From an uncultured Gemmatimonadota bacterium (GTDB taxonomy: Bacteria > Gemmatimonadota > Gemmatimonadetes > Palauibacterales > Palauibacteraceae): 64,000 nucleotides of DNA. The position numbers were made by a program, and so were the translations under genes. Below the pieces are notes generated by a model. That model did not search any database. It had not been told where the DNA came from and saw nothing but the letters and a program-made list of their open reading frames with translations. Positions 38,245 to 47,012 of this stretch are shown here, piece by piece. The DNA lies in assembly GCA_964518305.1 (NCBI GenBank), contig CAZFDK010000006.1:22618-86617 (forward strand). Direction: 5' to 3'. The stretch's first letter is position 1. Each line of letters opens with the position of its first letter.

Positions 38245-39101
38245 CAGCGCCCCGAGGTGGCGCCGTCCCCTCCGGTACGCGTGTGGATGACCAGGACGCC
38301 GCATCCGGTGCTGCTCAGTGTGAACTGGGGCGGCGTCTCCGATCCTCGCCGATAGACCTCGATGCCCTCGATCGCCCCCGGCTGGAGGTTGTCGATGTTG
38401 TAGTTTCGAGTCATGACCCCGTCGAGGAAGACCACCGGCTGACACTGACGCCCGGCCCTCCGCATGGTGATCTGGGCGCGGCCCCGCCGGACCGGTCCCA
38501 CGTCCACGCCGGGGACCGTGCGAAGGAGATCGCTGGTGTGCTGCGGGTTCCTCTTCTCGATCTCCTCTCGCGTGATGAACTCACCGAAGCCGCGCTCCAT
38601 CCGCCGCTTGAAGTCCGCCATCGGATCGACGCGGTTCGTCCGCTTCACCTCCACCGTGAGGTCGGCCACCTCCAGCACGTCCCGCTCCAGCAGGAAGGTG
38701 GCGTTGGTCACGCGCCCCGGTTGGAGGCGAATGGGCCGCTGGTTCGTGGAGTAGCCCAGGTAATGGACCCGCACGTCGTACAGGCCGGCCGGGAGCTCCT
38801 CGATGGTGAAGTTCCCCTCCTCGTCCGTGATGGCCCCGTACTGGATCTCCGGAATCGAGACCCGGGCGCCGCTGATGGGCTTGCCGGTCTGCGAGGAGGC
38901 CACGGTGCCCGTGAAGTTCGCGGTCGTGTCGACGCCGGGGGCCGGCGCCCCGACTTCAACGGTGTCCGGGGTCGTCGTCGTGTCGGGCATCGGGATGGTG
39001 TCCGTCTCCTGGGCGGCGGCGGTCCCGGGAAGGCAGAGGGCGACGGCCACGAGCAGGACGGCGCCGCCGGCGGGTACTCGCTGGACGAAGCTAGAGGTCA
39101 T
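38244..39101 (-). CDS. Paralog of the preceding gene: CarboxypepD_reg plus plug-like, barrel-less (285 aa)
   Basis: Signal peptide VLLVAVALCLPGTAAAQ. The sequence GTVASSQTGKPISGARVSI...ITDEEGNFTIEELPAGLYDVRVHYLGYS matches the paralog. It ends LDGV...IEGIEVYRRGSE...GCGVLVIHTR. Confidence 0.7.
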   Translation of the reverse strand: MTSSFVQRVPAGGAVLLVAVALCLPGTAAAQETDTIPMPDTTTTPDTVEVGAPAPGVDTTANFTGTVASSQTGKPISGARVSIPEIQYGAITDEEGNFTIEELPAGLYDVRVHYLGYSTNQRPIRLQPGRVTNATFLLERDVLEVADLTVEVKRTNRVDPMADFKRRMERGFGEFITREEIEKRNPQHTSDLLRTVPGVDVGPVRRGRAQITMRRAGRQCQPVVFLDGVMTRNYNIDNLQPGAIEGIEVYRRGSETPPQFTLSSTGCGVLVIHTRTGGDGATSGR

Positions 39102-39258
39102 GGGGTGCGGCGATCCTCGTCGGTTCCGGGTCGTGGGCTCCCACCTCGGCGTCGAGCCGGCGCCGCGGGTCGTGGCGCCGGTCCGGACTGGTTCCGCATA
39201 GTTGAGATACCAGCGACGACGGGCCCGTGTTCCTCGCCACTGCCGATGGCGCTTCCCG

Positions 39259-39468
39259 CTACTCGTCGTTGCCGTCCTGCCGGTCGCTGCCCCCGAAGAC
39301 GATGAGGAACGCAAGCCCGGAGACGACGACGAGACCCACGGCCGGCGCGCCCACCACGCCCGCCGCCGCGTCCCGGACGGTGAGGGCGAGGAGCCCCAGG
39401 CCCGCCACGGCGGCGAAGATCAGATAGAAAATCTCTCGCGGGCCGAACGAGCCGCGTATTTTCGGCAT
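39259..39468 (-). CDS. Small two-TM membrane protein (69 aa), hypothetical
   Basis: Two hydrophobic helices and high GC3. It lies 35 nt downstream of the YciE/F-like gene on the same strand, with GGAGAG upstream. Confidence 0.45.
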   Translation of the reverse strand: MPKIRGSFGPREIFYLIFAAVAGLGLLALTVRDAAAGVVGAPAVGLVVVSGLAFLIVFGGSDRQDGNDE

Positions 39469-39503
39469 GGCGCCCGTCTCTCCGCTTCAGTCGGCGCCGA
39501 GGC

Positions 39504-39983
39504 TCACGACGTCCCGACGTTCCGGGCCACCTGTCGCAGCTCCTCGTCGGAGGACCTCTCCTCGTCCAGCGTCTGCTCCAGCAGGTCCGCCACGTCGTGG
39601 GCGCCGAGCTGCCGGGCCAGGTCCCGGGCCGTGCTGTACCCGGCCATCTCGTAGTGGGCGATCCGCCGCTTGACGGCCGCGATGCCCGCGTCCTCCACCG
39701 CCGGGTCGTCGGCCGCCTCCAGAAGCTCCTCCGCCTCGGCCACCAGGCCCGCCATGGCGGCGCAGTCCTCCCGAAGGGGCGTGTGGTCAACGCGGTGGAA
39801 GCACTCCTCGAGGCGGCGGCGCTGCTCGCCGGTCTCCTGGTGGTGGTCCTTGAGGACCTGGACCAGGGACGCGTCGTTCGCCTTCTCGGTGAGTTCCGGC
39901 AGGAGCTCCAGGTCCCGGTGCTCGGCGTCGTACAGGTCCCGGAGCTGGTGAACGAGGAGATCTTGGAGCGTGCTGAGCTGCAT
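39504..39983 (-). CDS. Ferritin-like DUF892 protein (YciE/YciF family)
   Basis: 159 aa reading LQDLLVHQLRDLYDAEH...AHYEMAGYSTARDLA, typical of YciE/YciF. The internal ATG at 39983 was chosen. Confidence 0.85.
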   Translation of the reverse strand: MQLSTLQDLLVHQLRDLYDAEHRDLELLPELTEKANDASLVQVLKDHHQETGEQRRRLEECFHRVDHTPLREDCAAMAGLVAEAEELLEAADDPAVEDAGIAAVKRRIAHYEMAGYSTARDLARQLGAHDVADLLEQTLDEERSSDEELRQVARNVGTS

Positions 39984-40158
39984 CGTTCCTCCCGGTGCTC
40001 GAGAGAGTGCGTGGCGCGGGGGACGGGCGAAGCGATCCCGAGGCCCAGTCGGGTGCAAGGTACTTACCAGAGGCGGGGACTGGCCCGTCCGCCGACCAGC
40101 ATATAATTCCATTCTCGCGAGGATCCGTGACCACTCCCGTATCCGCGGGAGGTGAGCC

Positions 40159-41487
40159 CTGACAGCGGACGGCGAGAGGCGGCGGGAGGCGGCGGGCTGG
40201 GCGCGGGCCCTCGATCGGATCCGGTGGCTGGGCCCCGGGCTGGTGATGGCGGCCACCGCGATCGGGGCGAGCCACCTGGTCCTGGCGCCGACCGCCGGCG
40301 CCAGCTTCGGCTACGCGCTCCTGTGGGTGGTCCTGCTCTCCCATCTCTTCAAGTATCCCGCTTTCGAGTTCGGGCCGCGGTATACCGTGGCCGCCGACGA
40401 GTCCCTGCTCGACGGGTACCGCGAGGTGCCGGGTCCGCGGGGTTGGGCGCTGTGGGTCTTTCTGGCCGGGACGGTGGTGCAGGGCGTGAGCGTGCTGGCG
40501 GGAGTGCTGGGTATCGCGTCCGCGGTGGCCGCGGCGGCCGTACCCGGCCTGCCGCTATGGGTGTGGAGCCTCCTCCTGGGTGCGATCTGCGGAGGGCTTC
40601 TGCGGTCCGGCGGCTTCGACGGGCTCTCGGCTCTCAGCAAGTGGATGCTCGCGGTGCTCGCGGCCATGACGGCCGTCGCGTTCCTCGCCACCCCGCCGCC
40701 GGCTTCCGCCTGGTCCCGGATGGTGGTGCCCGAGGTCCCCGGCGGCTCGGCTCTCCTCCTGGCGGCGCTCCTGGGATGGATGCCCACGGGCATCGACGTG
40801 TCCGTGTGGCACTCGCTCTGGGCCCTGGAGCGGCGGGACGAGTGGCGGGAGCGGGCCGTGCGGGCCGGCACGGGAGAGGACGGGGGATCCGTCCGGGCCG
40901 CGAGCCTCCGGGTGGGCATCACGGACATGCGGATCGGCTACGGCCTCTCACTGGTGCTGGCCGTCATGACGCTCGGGCTCGGCGCCGAGGTGCTCCGTCC
41001 CACCGGCACCGTGCCGGAGGGGGCCGACGTGGCCCTGACGCTCGCCCGTCTCTACACCGACGTGCTCGGAGAGTGGATGTTCCCCGTCTTCCTGGTGGCG
41101 GCCTTCTTCGGGATGTTCTCCAGCGCGTACGGCGTCCTGGACGGCTTCCCCCGGGCCTTCGAGGAGACGGTGCGGCGGCTTCCGGTAACCGGGGGGCGCG
41201 AGGGCGAGGGCTCGGGCCCGCTGTACTGGGGCTTCCTGTGGGGAACCCTGTCCCTGGCAGTCATGGAGACCGCCCTCCTCCCGGATCCCGTGGCCCTGGT
41301 GACGGTGGCCGCGGTGGCGTCCTTCCTCCTGGCTCCCATCACCTTCGGCCTCAACTACTGGTGCGTCACGCGTCGGGTGGACGACGAGGAGCTGCGTCCG
41401 GGACCGGCGCTCCGCGCCTGGGCCGCGTCCGGGATCCTCTTCATGGCCGGCGCCACGAGCCTGTACGTCTGGCTGCACGTGCTCTAG
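40159..41487 (+). CDS. Divergent Nramp/MntH-superfamily transporter; probable CTG start
   Basis: WLGPGLVMAATAIGASHLVLAPTAGASFGYALLW aligns with the MntH TM1 region (MGPAFIAAIGYIDPGNF...AGASFGYQLLW). That conserved block starts upstream of the first canonical start (GTG 40243). A CTG at 40159 follows GGGAGG by 6 nt. Confidence 0.75.
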   Translation: MTADGERRREAAGWARALDRIRWLGPGLVMAATAIGASHLVLAPTAGASFGYALLWVVLLSHLFKYPAFEFGPRYTVAADESLLDGYREVPGPRGWALWVFLAGTVVQGVSVLAGVLGIASAVAAAAVPGLPLWVWSLLLGAICGGLLRSGGFDGLSALSKWMLAVLAAMTAVAFLATPPPASAWSRMVVPEVPGGSALLLAALLGWMPTGIDVSVWHSLWALERRDEWRERAVRAGTGEDGGSVRAASLRVGITDMRIGYGLSLVLAVMTLGLGAEVLRPTGTVPEGADVALTLARLYTDVLGEWMFPVFLVAAFFGMFSSAYGVLDGFPRAFEETVRRLPVTGGREGEGSGPLYWGFLWGTLSLAVMETALLPDPVALVTVAAVASFLLAPITFGLNYWCVTRRVDDEELRPGPALRAWAASGILFMAGATSLYVWLHVL

Positions 41488-41520
41488 CTCCGGGAGCAGG
41501 ACGCCGGTTCGACCACCGCG

Positions 41521-42987
41521 CTACCCCACGGCGGAGGCGCGGGCCACGCGCCGCCACTCGCCGCTCCGGAACCGAAAAGCGTTGACCCCCGCCCGGCCGT
41601 AGACGTCCAGCAGGATGGCGGCCCACACGCCGGCCAGGCCCAGGCCCAGCCCGGGTGCCAGAGACCACCCGAAGGCACGAAGCACCACGAGACCGGAGGG
41701 GAGCGCCAGGAAGGCGACCGCGATGCGCGCCACGGTGAAGAGGGAGATCCCGTACAGGGGCCACAGTGTGTCCCCGGCTCCGCGCAGGGCGCCGCGCATG
41801 ATCCGGGCGATGCTGTAGCCCACTACCGCGACCCCGAACACGCGAATGAAGCTCACCGTCAGCTCCGGCGTGCCGGTCCGAAACAGCACCGCGATCGGCC
41901 CGGCGGCCAGCGCCAGGGCGCCCCCGATCAGCGCCTGCGTGATCACTCCGATCCGGAGGGTCTGCCACCCGTAGGACTCGGCCCGCCGCTCGTCGCCGCC
42001 CCCCAGGGACTGGCCCACCAGGGTGCTGGCCGCCGTGCTGTAGCCCCAGGCGGGCATCATGGCCAGCAGCATCACCCGGCGCGCGATGGCGTAGGCCGCC
42101 ACGACTCCCGTTCCCAGCTCCGCCAGGACGAAGAGAAAAGGGAAGCGTCCCCCCGTCCGGATGAGCCACGTGGACGACAGGGGCCACCCCACGCGGACGA
42201 TCTCCCCGGCGAGGTCGGCGTCCCACTGTCGGCCGCCGGGCCGCAGCCGCACGTCCTTGCGGCCCTTGGTCACCACCCAGGTGAAGAGGGCGCCCGCCAT
42301 GACGTTGGCCGCTACCGTCCCCCACGCCGCGCCGGCCACCCCCAGCGCCGGCACCGGCCCGAGGCCGAAGATGAGGACCGCGTTCAGGATCGCGTTCGTC
42401 GGGATCGTCCACAGTCTTACGCGCATGGGCGTGCGCGTGTCCCCGGCCCCCTCCAGCGCCCGTGCCGCCACCACGCTCCAGAAGCGGAAGGAGACCGAGA
42501 GCATCACGATTCGCAGGTAGGTGCCGCCGAGGCGGATCGTGGCCGCGTCGTCGGTGAGGAGCCCGATCATCTCCTCGGCCCGGAACCACGTGAAGACGGT
42601 GAGGGGGATCGTGATGGCCAGGGCGATCCACAGGGAGATCTTGAGCGCCAGATCGGCGTCCCGGTGCTCCCCGGCGCCCTTCAGACGGGAGACCACGCTG
42701 ATGGTTCCGCTCGAGACGCCCAGCGCCAGGCCGAAGCCGATGAACCAGTACTGGAAGCCGATCTCCAGGCCGGCCACGGCGGCATCGCCGAGGGCCAGGC
42801 TGATCATGAAGAAGTCCAGGGCCCGGAGGGTCGTTCGGAGCCCGCCGGTGACCATGACCGGCACGGCCAGGTCGAACGTGCGCCGGCCCTTCTCCCGGTC
42901 CACCAGGCCCAGGCGGGCCAGGAGGGAGGGGAAGCCGTAGAGGAGGTCGCGGAGGGCGCGGACCGGGCGGGAGCGTCGGCTCGTCAC
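41521..42987 (-). CDS. MATE family efflux transporter
   Basis: 488 aa, 12-TM pattern with the internal duplication typical of MATE (e.g. GDTRTPM and RGAGDTLWP loop motifs). Confidence 0.88.
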   Translation of the reverse strand: MTSRRSRPVRALRDLLYGFPSLLARLGLVDREKGRRTFDLAVPVMVTGGLRTTLRALDFFMISLALGDAAVAGLEIGFQYWFIGFGLALGVSSGTISVVSRLKGAGEHRDADLALKISLWIALAITIPLTVFTWFRAEEMIGLLTDDAATIRLGGTYLRIVMLSVSFRFWSVVAARALEGAGDTRTPMRVRLWTIPTNAILNAVLIFGLGPVPALGVAGAAWGTVAANVMAGALFTWVVTKGRKDVRLRPGGRQWDADLAGEIVRVGWPLSSTWLIRTGGRFPFLFVLAELGTGVVAAYAIARRVMLLAMMPAWGYSTAASTLVGQSLGGGDERRAESYGWQTLRIGVITQALIGGALALAAGPIAVLFRTGTPELTVSFIRVFGVAVVGYSIARIMRGALRGAGDTLWPLYGISLFTVARIAVAFLALPSGLVVLRAFGWSLAPGLGLGLAGVWAAILLDVYGRAGVNAFRFRSGEWRRVARASAVG

Positions 42988-43008
42988 GGCCGTCGGTCGG
43001 TGTCGGGC

Positions 43009-43422
43009 TCAGTCGGCCCGGAGGCGACGGACCCGGGGCCAGGCGTGGGCGCCGAACAGCAGCGCGGCCGTCGCCTCGGCGCTCCGGCCCGCCAGGGCCC
43101 ACGACTCGGCCTCCCAGGCACCCCCTGCGGCCGCGGCCAGGACGCCGGCGTTCAGCAGAGCCGCTCCGGTAACGGCCTGCCACGCCCGCGGCCGCTCGCC
43201 CCGAACGCGCGGCAGGATCCAGAAGGCGACGCCCAGGGCCAGCTGCACCATGAAGCCGACGAGGAGGGTCTCCAGGTGGACGTTGCGGAACCCCCAGAGC
43301 CCGCCGCCGATCGAGGCCATCCGCGGCATCTCGCGCGAGGCCAGAAGCAGGGCGCCGAGCCCGCTTCCCGCCACCAGGTGCACCAGTGAGAGGCGCACCA
43401 TCCACACGCTCAGCGCCGGCAT
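43009..43422 (-). CDS. 4-TM membrane protein, paralog B (137 aa), unknown function
   Basis: Hydrophobic 4-helix pattern. It shares the blocks VHLxxLLVGxxxQLxxGVAxWxLPR, ALLNAG and HAWPRVRR with the upstream gene. Confidence 0.6.
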   Translation of the reverse strand: MPALSVWMVRLSLVHLVAGSGLGALLLASREMPRMASIGGGLWGFRNVHLETLLVGFMVQLALGVAFWILPRVRGERPRAWQAVTGAALLNAGVLAAAAGGAWEAESWALAGRSAEATAALLFGAHAWPRVRRLRAD

Positions 43423-43423
43423 C

Positions 43424-43864
43424 TCAGCTCCTCCGGACCCGCGGCCAGACGTGGAAGACGAAGACCAGCACCGCCACGAACTGGAGCAGGGCGGAGAGGG
43501 GGAGCAGGCCCACGGAGAGCCCCAGTGCCGGGCCGGCCTCGCTGGCCACGCGAAGCAGGAGTCCGGCGTTCAGGGCAGCGTAGCAGAGCCACAGGTCCGT
43601 GCCTTCCGGGTCGGAGTGGCCGTCCCGTCGGGGAAAGAGCCAGAGGGCGACCCCGAAGATCAGCTGCGTGAGCCATCCCACCGTGATCAGGTGGATCCAG
43701 GCCGGACGGAGGAGTGCCACCGAGCCCAGGGAGCCGGACCCGGAGACGCCCGGACCGCCGTCGACGGTGCCCAGCCCCGCCAGGAGGATTCCGGCCACCA
43801 TGGCCAGGGCCAGGTAGACCAGTGCCGTGAGGACGAACACGCGCGAGATCTTCGGCATGACCAT
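43424..43864 (-). CDS. 4-TM membrane protein, paralog A (146 aa), unknown function
   Basis: It has the blocks IHLITVGWLTQLIFGVALWLFPR, ALNAG and FHVWPRVRR. Its stop is 1 nt before the paralog B start. Confidence 0.6.
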   Translation of the reverse strand: MVMPKISRVFVLTALVYLALAMVAGILLAGLGTVDGGPGVSGSGSLGSVALLRPAWIHLITVGWLTQLIFGVALWLFPRRDGHSDPEGTDLWLCYAALNAGLLLRVASEAGPALGLSVGLLPLSALLQFVAVLVFVFHVWPRVRRS

Positions 43865-43966
43865 ATGATAATCCCCCGGCCGGCGAGCTACAGCCGCTCA
43901 GCCGGCGACACCGCGGCGGCCGGGACCCGAACCGAGAGGTGAGACACCGATTCCCGGAGGTACGAG

Positions 43967-45124
43967 ATGGCCGGTCGCTCCAGAAGTTCGTCCCCGGACA
44001 CCCGGGCCGTACACATAGGCGAGGAGCCCCGGGTCGACGGCTCGGTGGTCCAGCCCATCTTCCAGTCGGCCATGTACGAGTACAGCGGCGCCGAGGACGA
44101 GGAGCCGCGCTACATCCGGTACGGCAATACCCCCAATCAGGAAACGGTGGAGAAGAAGCTGGCCGACCTGGAGGGCGGGGAGGCGGCCCTGGCCAGTGCC
44201 AGCGGTATGGCCGCCATCACGACCTCCCTCCTCAGCCTGCTCTCGCCGGAGGATCAGCTCCTGGCCCAGCCCTCCCTGTACGGCGGCACGCACGAGCTCT
44301 TCACGTCCGCGCTCCCCGAGCTCGGCATCGACGTCACGTTCCTGGAAGGCGAGAACCCTCGTCACTGGGAGACGCAGCTGGACGGTACCGCGCGGGCCGT
44401 CTACGCGGAGTCGATCTCGAACCCGCTGATGGAAGTGGGCGATCTCGAGGCGGTGGCCGAGTTCGCCCACGACCACGACCTGGTGGCGGTCATCGACAAC
44501 ACCTTCGCCACGCCCTTCAACTTCCGGCCCCTGGAGGTCGGGTTCGACCTCTCGATCCACAGCGCCACGAAGTACCTCAACGGACACTCCGACGTGGTGG
44601 CCGGAGCCGTGGTGGGACCTGCGTACCTGGTGCGGCGCGCCCGCCGGCGCCTGAAGCAGTTCGGCGGCTCCCTGGACCCCCATGCCAGCTTCCTCCTGAA
44701 TCGAGGGATGAAGACCCTCGGTCTGCGCATGCGACGGCACAACGAATCGGCGCTGGCGCTGGCGCGGTTCCTGGAAGATCGGGACGAGGTGAGCGGGGTC
44801 AACTATCCGGGCCTGCCGACGCACGACGGCCACGAGCGTGCCCGCGAGCTCTTCGCGGGCTGCGGCGGGATGATCAGCTTCGAGCTCGAGGGGGGACGGG
44901 CCGCGGCCGACCGGTTCATGGACCGCCTCACGATTCCGGTGGTGGCGCCGAGCCTGGGAGGCGTGGAGTCGCTGGTGACGCGTCCAGCCGCCACGTCCCA
45001 CGCCGGGATGGACCCGGAGGACCGCCGTCGTCTGGGTATCACCGACGGCCTGGTCCGGCTCTCCGTGGGCGTCGAGGCCACGGAGGACCTGGTGGCCGAC
45101 TTCGAGCAGGCGCTGGAGAGCTGA
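43967..45124 (+). CDS. Cys/Met-metabolism PLP-dependent enzyme (cystathionine gamma-synthase / gamma-lyase / methionine gamma-lyase family)
   Basis: Motifs are YGNTPNQ, DNTFATP and SATKYLNGHSD (PLP lysine), plus the C-terminal LVRLSVGVE. Confidence 0.9.
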   Translation: MAGRSRSSSPDTRAVHIGEEPRVDGSVVQPIFQSAMYEYSGAEDEEPRYIRYGNTPNQETVEKKLADLEGGEAALASASGMAAITTSLLSLLSPEDQLLAQPSLYGGTHELFTSALPELGIDVTFLEGENPRHWETQLDGTARAVYAESISNPLMEVGDLEAVAEFAHDHDLVAVIDNTFATPFNFRPLEVGFDLSIHSATKYLNGHSDVVAGAVVGPAYLVRRARRRLKQFGGSLDPHASFLLNRGMKTLGLRMRRHNESALALARFLEDRDEVSGVNYPGLPTHDGHERARELFAGCGGMISFELEGGRAAADRFMDRLTIPVVAPSLGGVESLVTRPAATSHAGMDPEDRRRLGITDGLVRLSVGVEATEDLVADFEQALES

Positions 45125-45177
45125 TGACGGGTTAAACACCCGCCGGTCCCGAGTGTAGGGAGGGGCCGGTGAATCGC

Positions 45178-45264
45178 GGAGGGGTGGCCGAACTGGACGA
45201 AGGCAGCGGCCTTGAAAGCCGCCGGGGCGGAAGCCCTTTGTGGGTTCGAATCCCACCCCCTCCG
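45178..45264 (+). tRNA. tRNA-Ser (anticodon UGA), class II with a long variable arm
   Basis: I folded the cloverleaf by hand. The acceptor stem is GGAGGGG/CCCCTCC. The anticodon stem is GCGGC/GCCGC with loop CTTGAAA. There is a 17-nt variable arm and a T-arm GTGGG-TTCGAAT-CCCAC. The discriminator is G, and CCA is not encoded. Confidence 0.9.
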
Positions 45265-45372
45265 CCTCTCTCCGGCTCTTTCCCGCCCCCGCTCCTCGTT
45301 GCGTCCGCCCTGGACGTGCCGCGATGTTGCTCGCCGAATGTGGATCCCCCCATCCAGGAGTTTTTTGCCAGC

Positions 45373-46206
45373 GTGACCGAGTCCACCGGCGCAGGCCCGT
45401 CGCGAGGGGGAGAGCGGGGAGAGGCGCCGGAGGTCGAGGCGACCCTGGTGATCGCCTCGGAGACGCCGGCCGTCGTGGCGGAGGAGATCGCCGGACTCGA
45501 CGGGGTGGGGCCGTATCGACTGGAGTGGCGGGGCGTGGAGGAGCTCCGGGACGTCTACTTGGACACCGCCGACGAGCAGCTCCGGGATCTGGGCCTGGCC
45601 CTCCGCCTGCGTCGTGGTGACGGTGGATGGCGGATCGCGCTCAAGGGACCGGCGCGGCCCGTGGCCGGGGGGGCGGTCGAGCGGAGGGAGCTGGAGGTCG
45701 ACTGGTCCCCGGCCGGTTTCCGCCGGATCCTGGAGGCGGCCCGGGACCGAGGCGTGGAGGTGTCGGACCGGCCGTCCGTGCCCTCCGATCCGCACGAAGC
45801 GGATCCGGTGGCCATCGTCCGTGACGCCGGGTTCCGCCCCGTCCAGGACCGGCGCACGCGGCGTCGGCGGGCCGGTGTGCTGCCGGCGTCGGACGAGGGA
45901 GACGGGACCCTGGCGTGGCTGGTGCTGGACACCGTGCTCTTCCGCGCCGCTTCCGGGCGAAGGGTCCGGCACCGGGAGGTGGAGATCGAGGCGACACCGG
46001 CGGCCCCCGAGGGCCTGCCGGGCGACGTGGCCGCGCGCCTCCGGCGGCATTTCCGTGACGCCCTCCGGCCCTGGGAGCACTCGAAGCTCGCCACCGGAGC
46101 GGCGGTGGCGGAGATCGATCCGACGGTGGGACCGGAGGGTGACCTCCTGCCGGTCGCCTACGACCGCCTGGAGCAGAAGCTGTCCGGCAGCGCGCGAGAG
46201 GCCTGA
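45373..46206 (+). CDS. CYTH domain protein (triphosphate tunnel metalloenzyme family)
   Basis: It has an N-terminal ExE-type strand EVEATLVI, then LRLRRGDGGWRIALKGP, RRELEV and VRHREVEIE. The start is uncertain (GTG 45373 or GTG 45340). Confidence 0.65.
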   Translation: MTESTGAGPSRGGERGEAPEVEATLVIASETPAVVAEEIAGLDGVGPYRLEWRGVEELRDVYLDTADEQLRDLGLALRLRRGDGGWRIALKGPARPVAGGAVERRELEVDWSPAGFRRILEAARDRGVEVSDRPSVPSDPHEADPVAIVRDAGFRPVQDRRTRRRRAGVLPASDEGDGTLAWLVLDTVLFRAASGRRVRHREVEIEATPAAPEGLPGDVAARLRRHFRDALRPWEHSKLATGAAVAEIDPTVGPEGDLLPVAYDRLEQKLSGSAREA

Positions 46207-46233
46207 AGGGGCCGAGCCCCCCTACACACGAAA

Positions 46234-46311
46234 AGCCCGGCCGCCCCTCCAGGGGGACGGTCCGGGCTCTCGGTCTCGTGGCCCGCCGCCGGCCGATCGG
46301 CCGGGCGGCGG
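46234..46311. terminator. Two GC-rich hairpins between the convergent CYTH and OMP genes
   Basis: An imperfect hairpin AGCCCGG...CCGGGCT lies at 46234-46268. A strong hairpin CCGCCGCC-GGCCGATCGGCC-(G)GGCGGCGG lies at 46283-46311. Neither has a clear U-tract. Confidence 0.35.
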
Positions 46312-46329
46312 GGCCTGGGATCCGCGGGC

Positions 46330-46932
46330 TCAGCCTCCCGGCGTGATCCGGATGCCAGCCGTGAAGGGCCACACCCAGGAGTTGTCCGTGCCGACCTCGT
46401 CCTCGTCGGAGAAGGCGATGTCGCCCTGCGGGCTGAGCAGGAGGCTCACGGACGGGGCGACCTCGTAGGCCAGGGTGGCGCCCACGTTGATCGCCGGATA
46501 GGTGAAGCTGTCAGCCCCCTCGACGTCCGGAGAGAAGGTCATGGCTCCGCCACCGGCGTTGGCGCTCAGCTCGACCTTGCCGTCGGGCGAGCGGTAGAGC
46601 ACCGCGCCCAGGCCGGCGATGTAGTGGTAGACGTCGATATCCGGGCCCTCGACACCGTCCACCTCAGCTCCGGAGTGGAATCCGAAGTCGGCGTTGCCGC
46701 GCACCGTGAGGCGCTCGCCGACGGGGATCCCGATTCCGGCGCCGAAGCCGTAGCCCGCGTCCGCCGCGTCGGCGATGTCGAAGGTCGGTGCGTACAGCCC
46801 GCCCCTCAGGTCGATCTCGACCGACGGCCGGCCGTCGTCCATCATCTGCGCCGTGGCCGAGCCGGGGGCGAGCGCCAGGATAAGGGCCACCGAGGCGGCC
46901 ATACCGAGCAGTTTCGAAGTGAGGCGATTCAT
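46330..46932 (-). CDS. Small outer-membrane beta-barrel protein (OmpW/OmpA-beta-barrel-like), secreted
   Basis: It has a signal peptide (LGMAASVALILALAPGSATAQ) and alternating amphipathic beta-strand pattern with Gly/aromatic-rich strands. Confidence 0.7.
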   Translation of the reverse strand: MNRLTSKLLGMAASVALILALAPGSATAQMMDDGRPSVEIDLRGGLYAPTFDIADAADAGYGFGAGIGIPVGERLTVRGNADFGFHSGAEVDGVEGPDIDVYHYIAGLGAVLYRSPDGKVELSANAGGGAMTFSPDVEGADSFTYPAINVGATLAYEVAPSVSLLLSPQGDIAFSDEDEVGTDNSWVWPFTAGIRITPGG

Positions 46933-47012
46933 GTTTTCATCTCCCTCGTTGTCGTGTTTCGCTCTCGGGACAGCACGGGATCTCTCGCCCGGCCGTCAAG
47001 CTTTAGTAAAAG

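Noticed and set aside
43865-43966. Possible SAM/methionine riboswitch upstream of the Cys/Met PLP enzyme
   Set aside because: Only ~100 nt are available, shared with the divergent membrane-protein start. I cannot recognise the conserved cores of the SAM-I, SAM-II or SAM-SAH classes by eye. An Rfam covariance scan is needed before any claim.
45125-45372. tRNA-Ser as an integration hotspot or genomic-island boundary
   Set aside because: No integrase, no direct repeat of the tRNA 3' end, and no compositional shift is visible on either side within the window. The flanking genes are ordinary metabolic genes.
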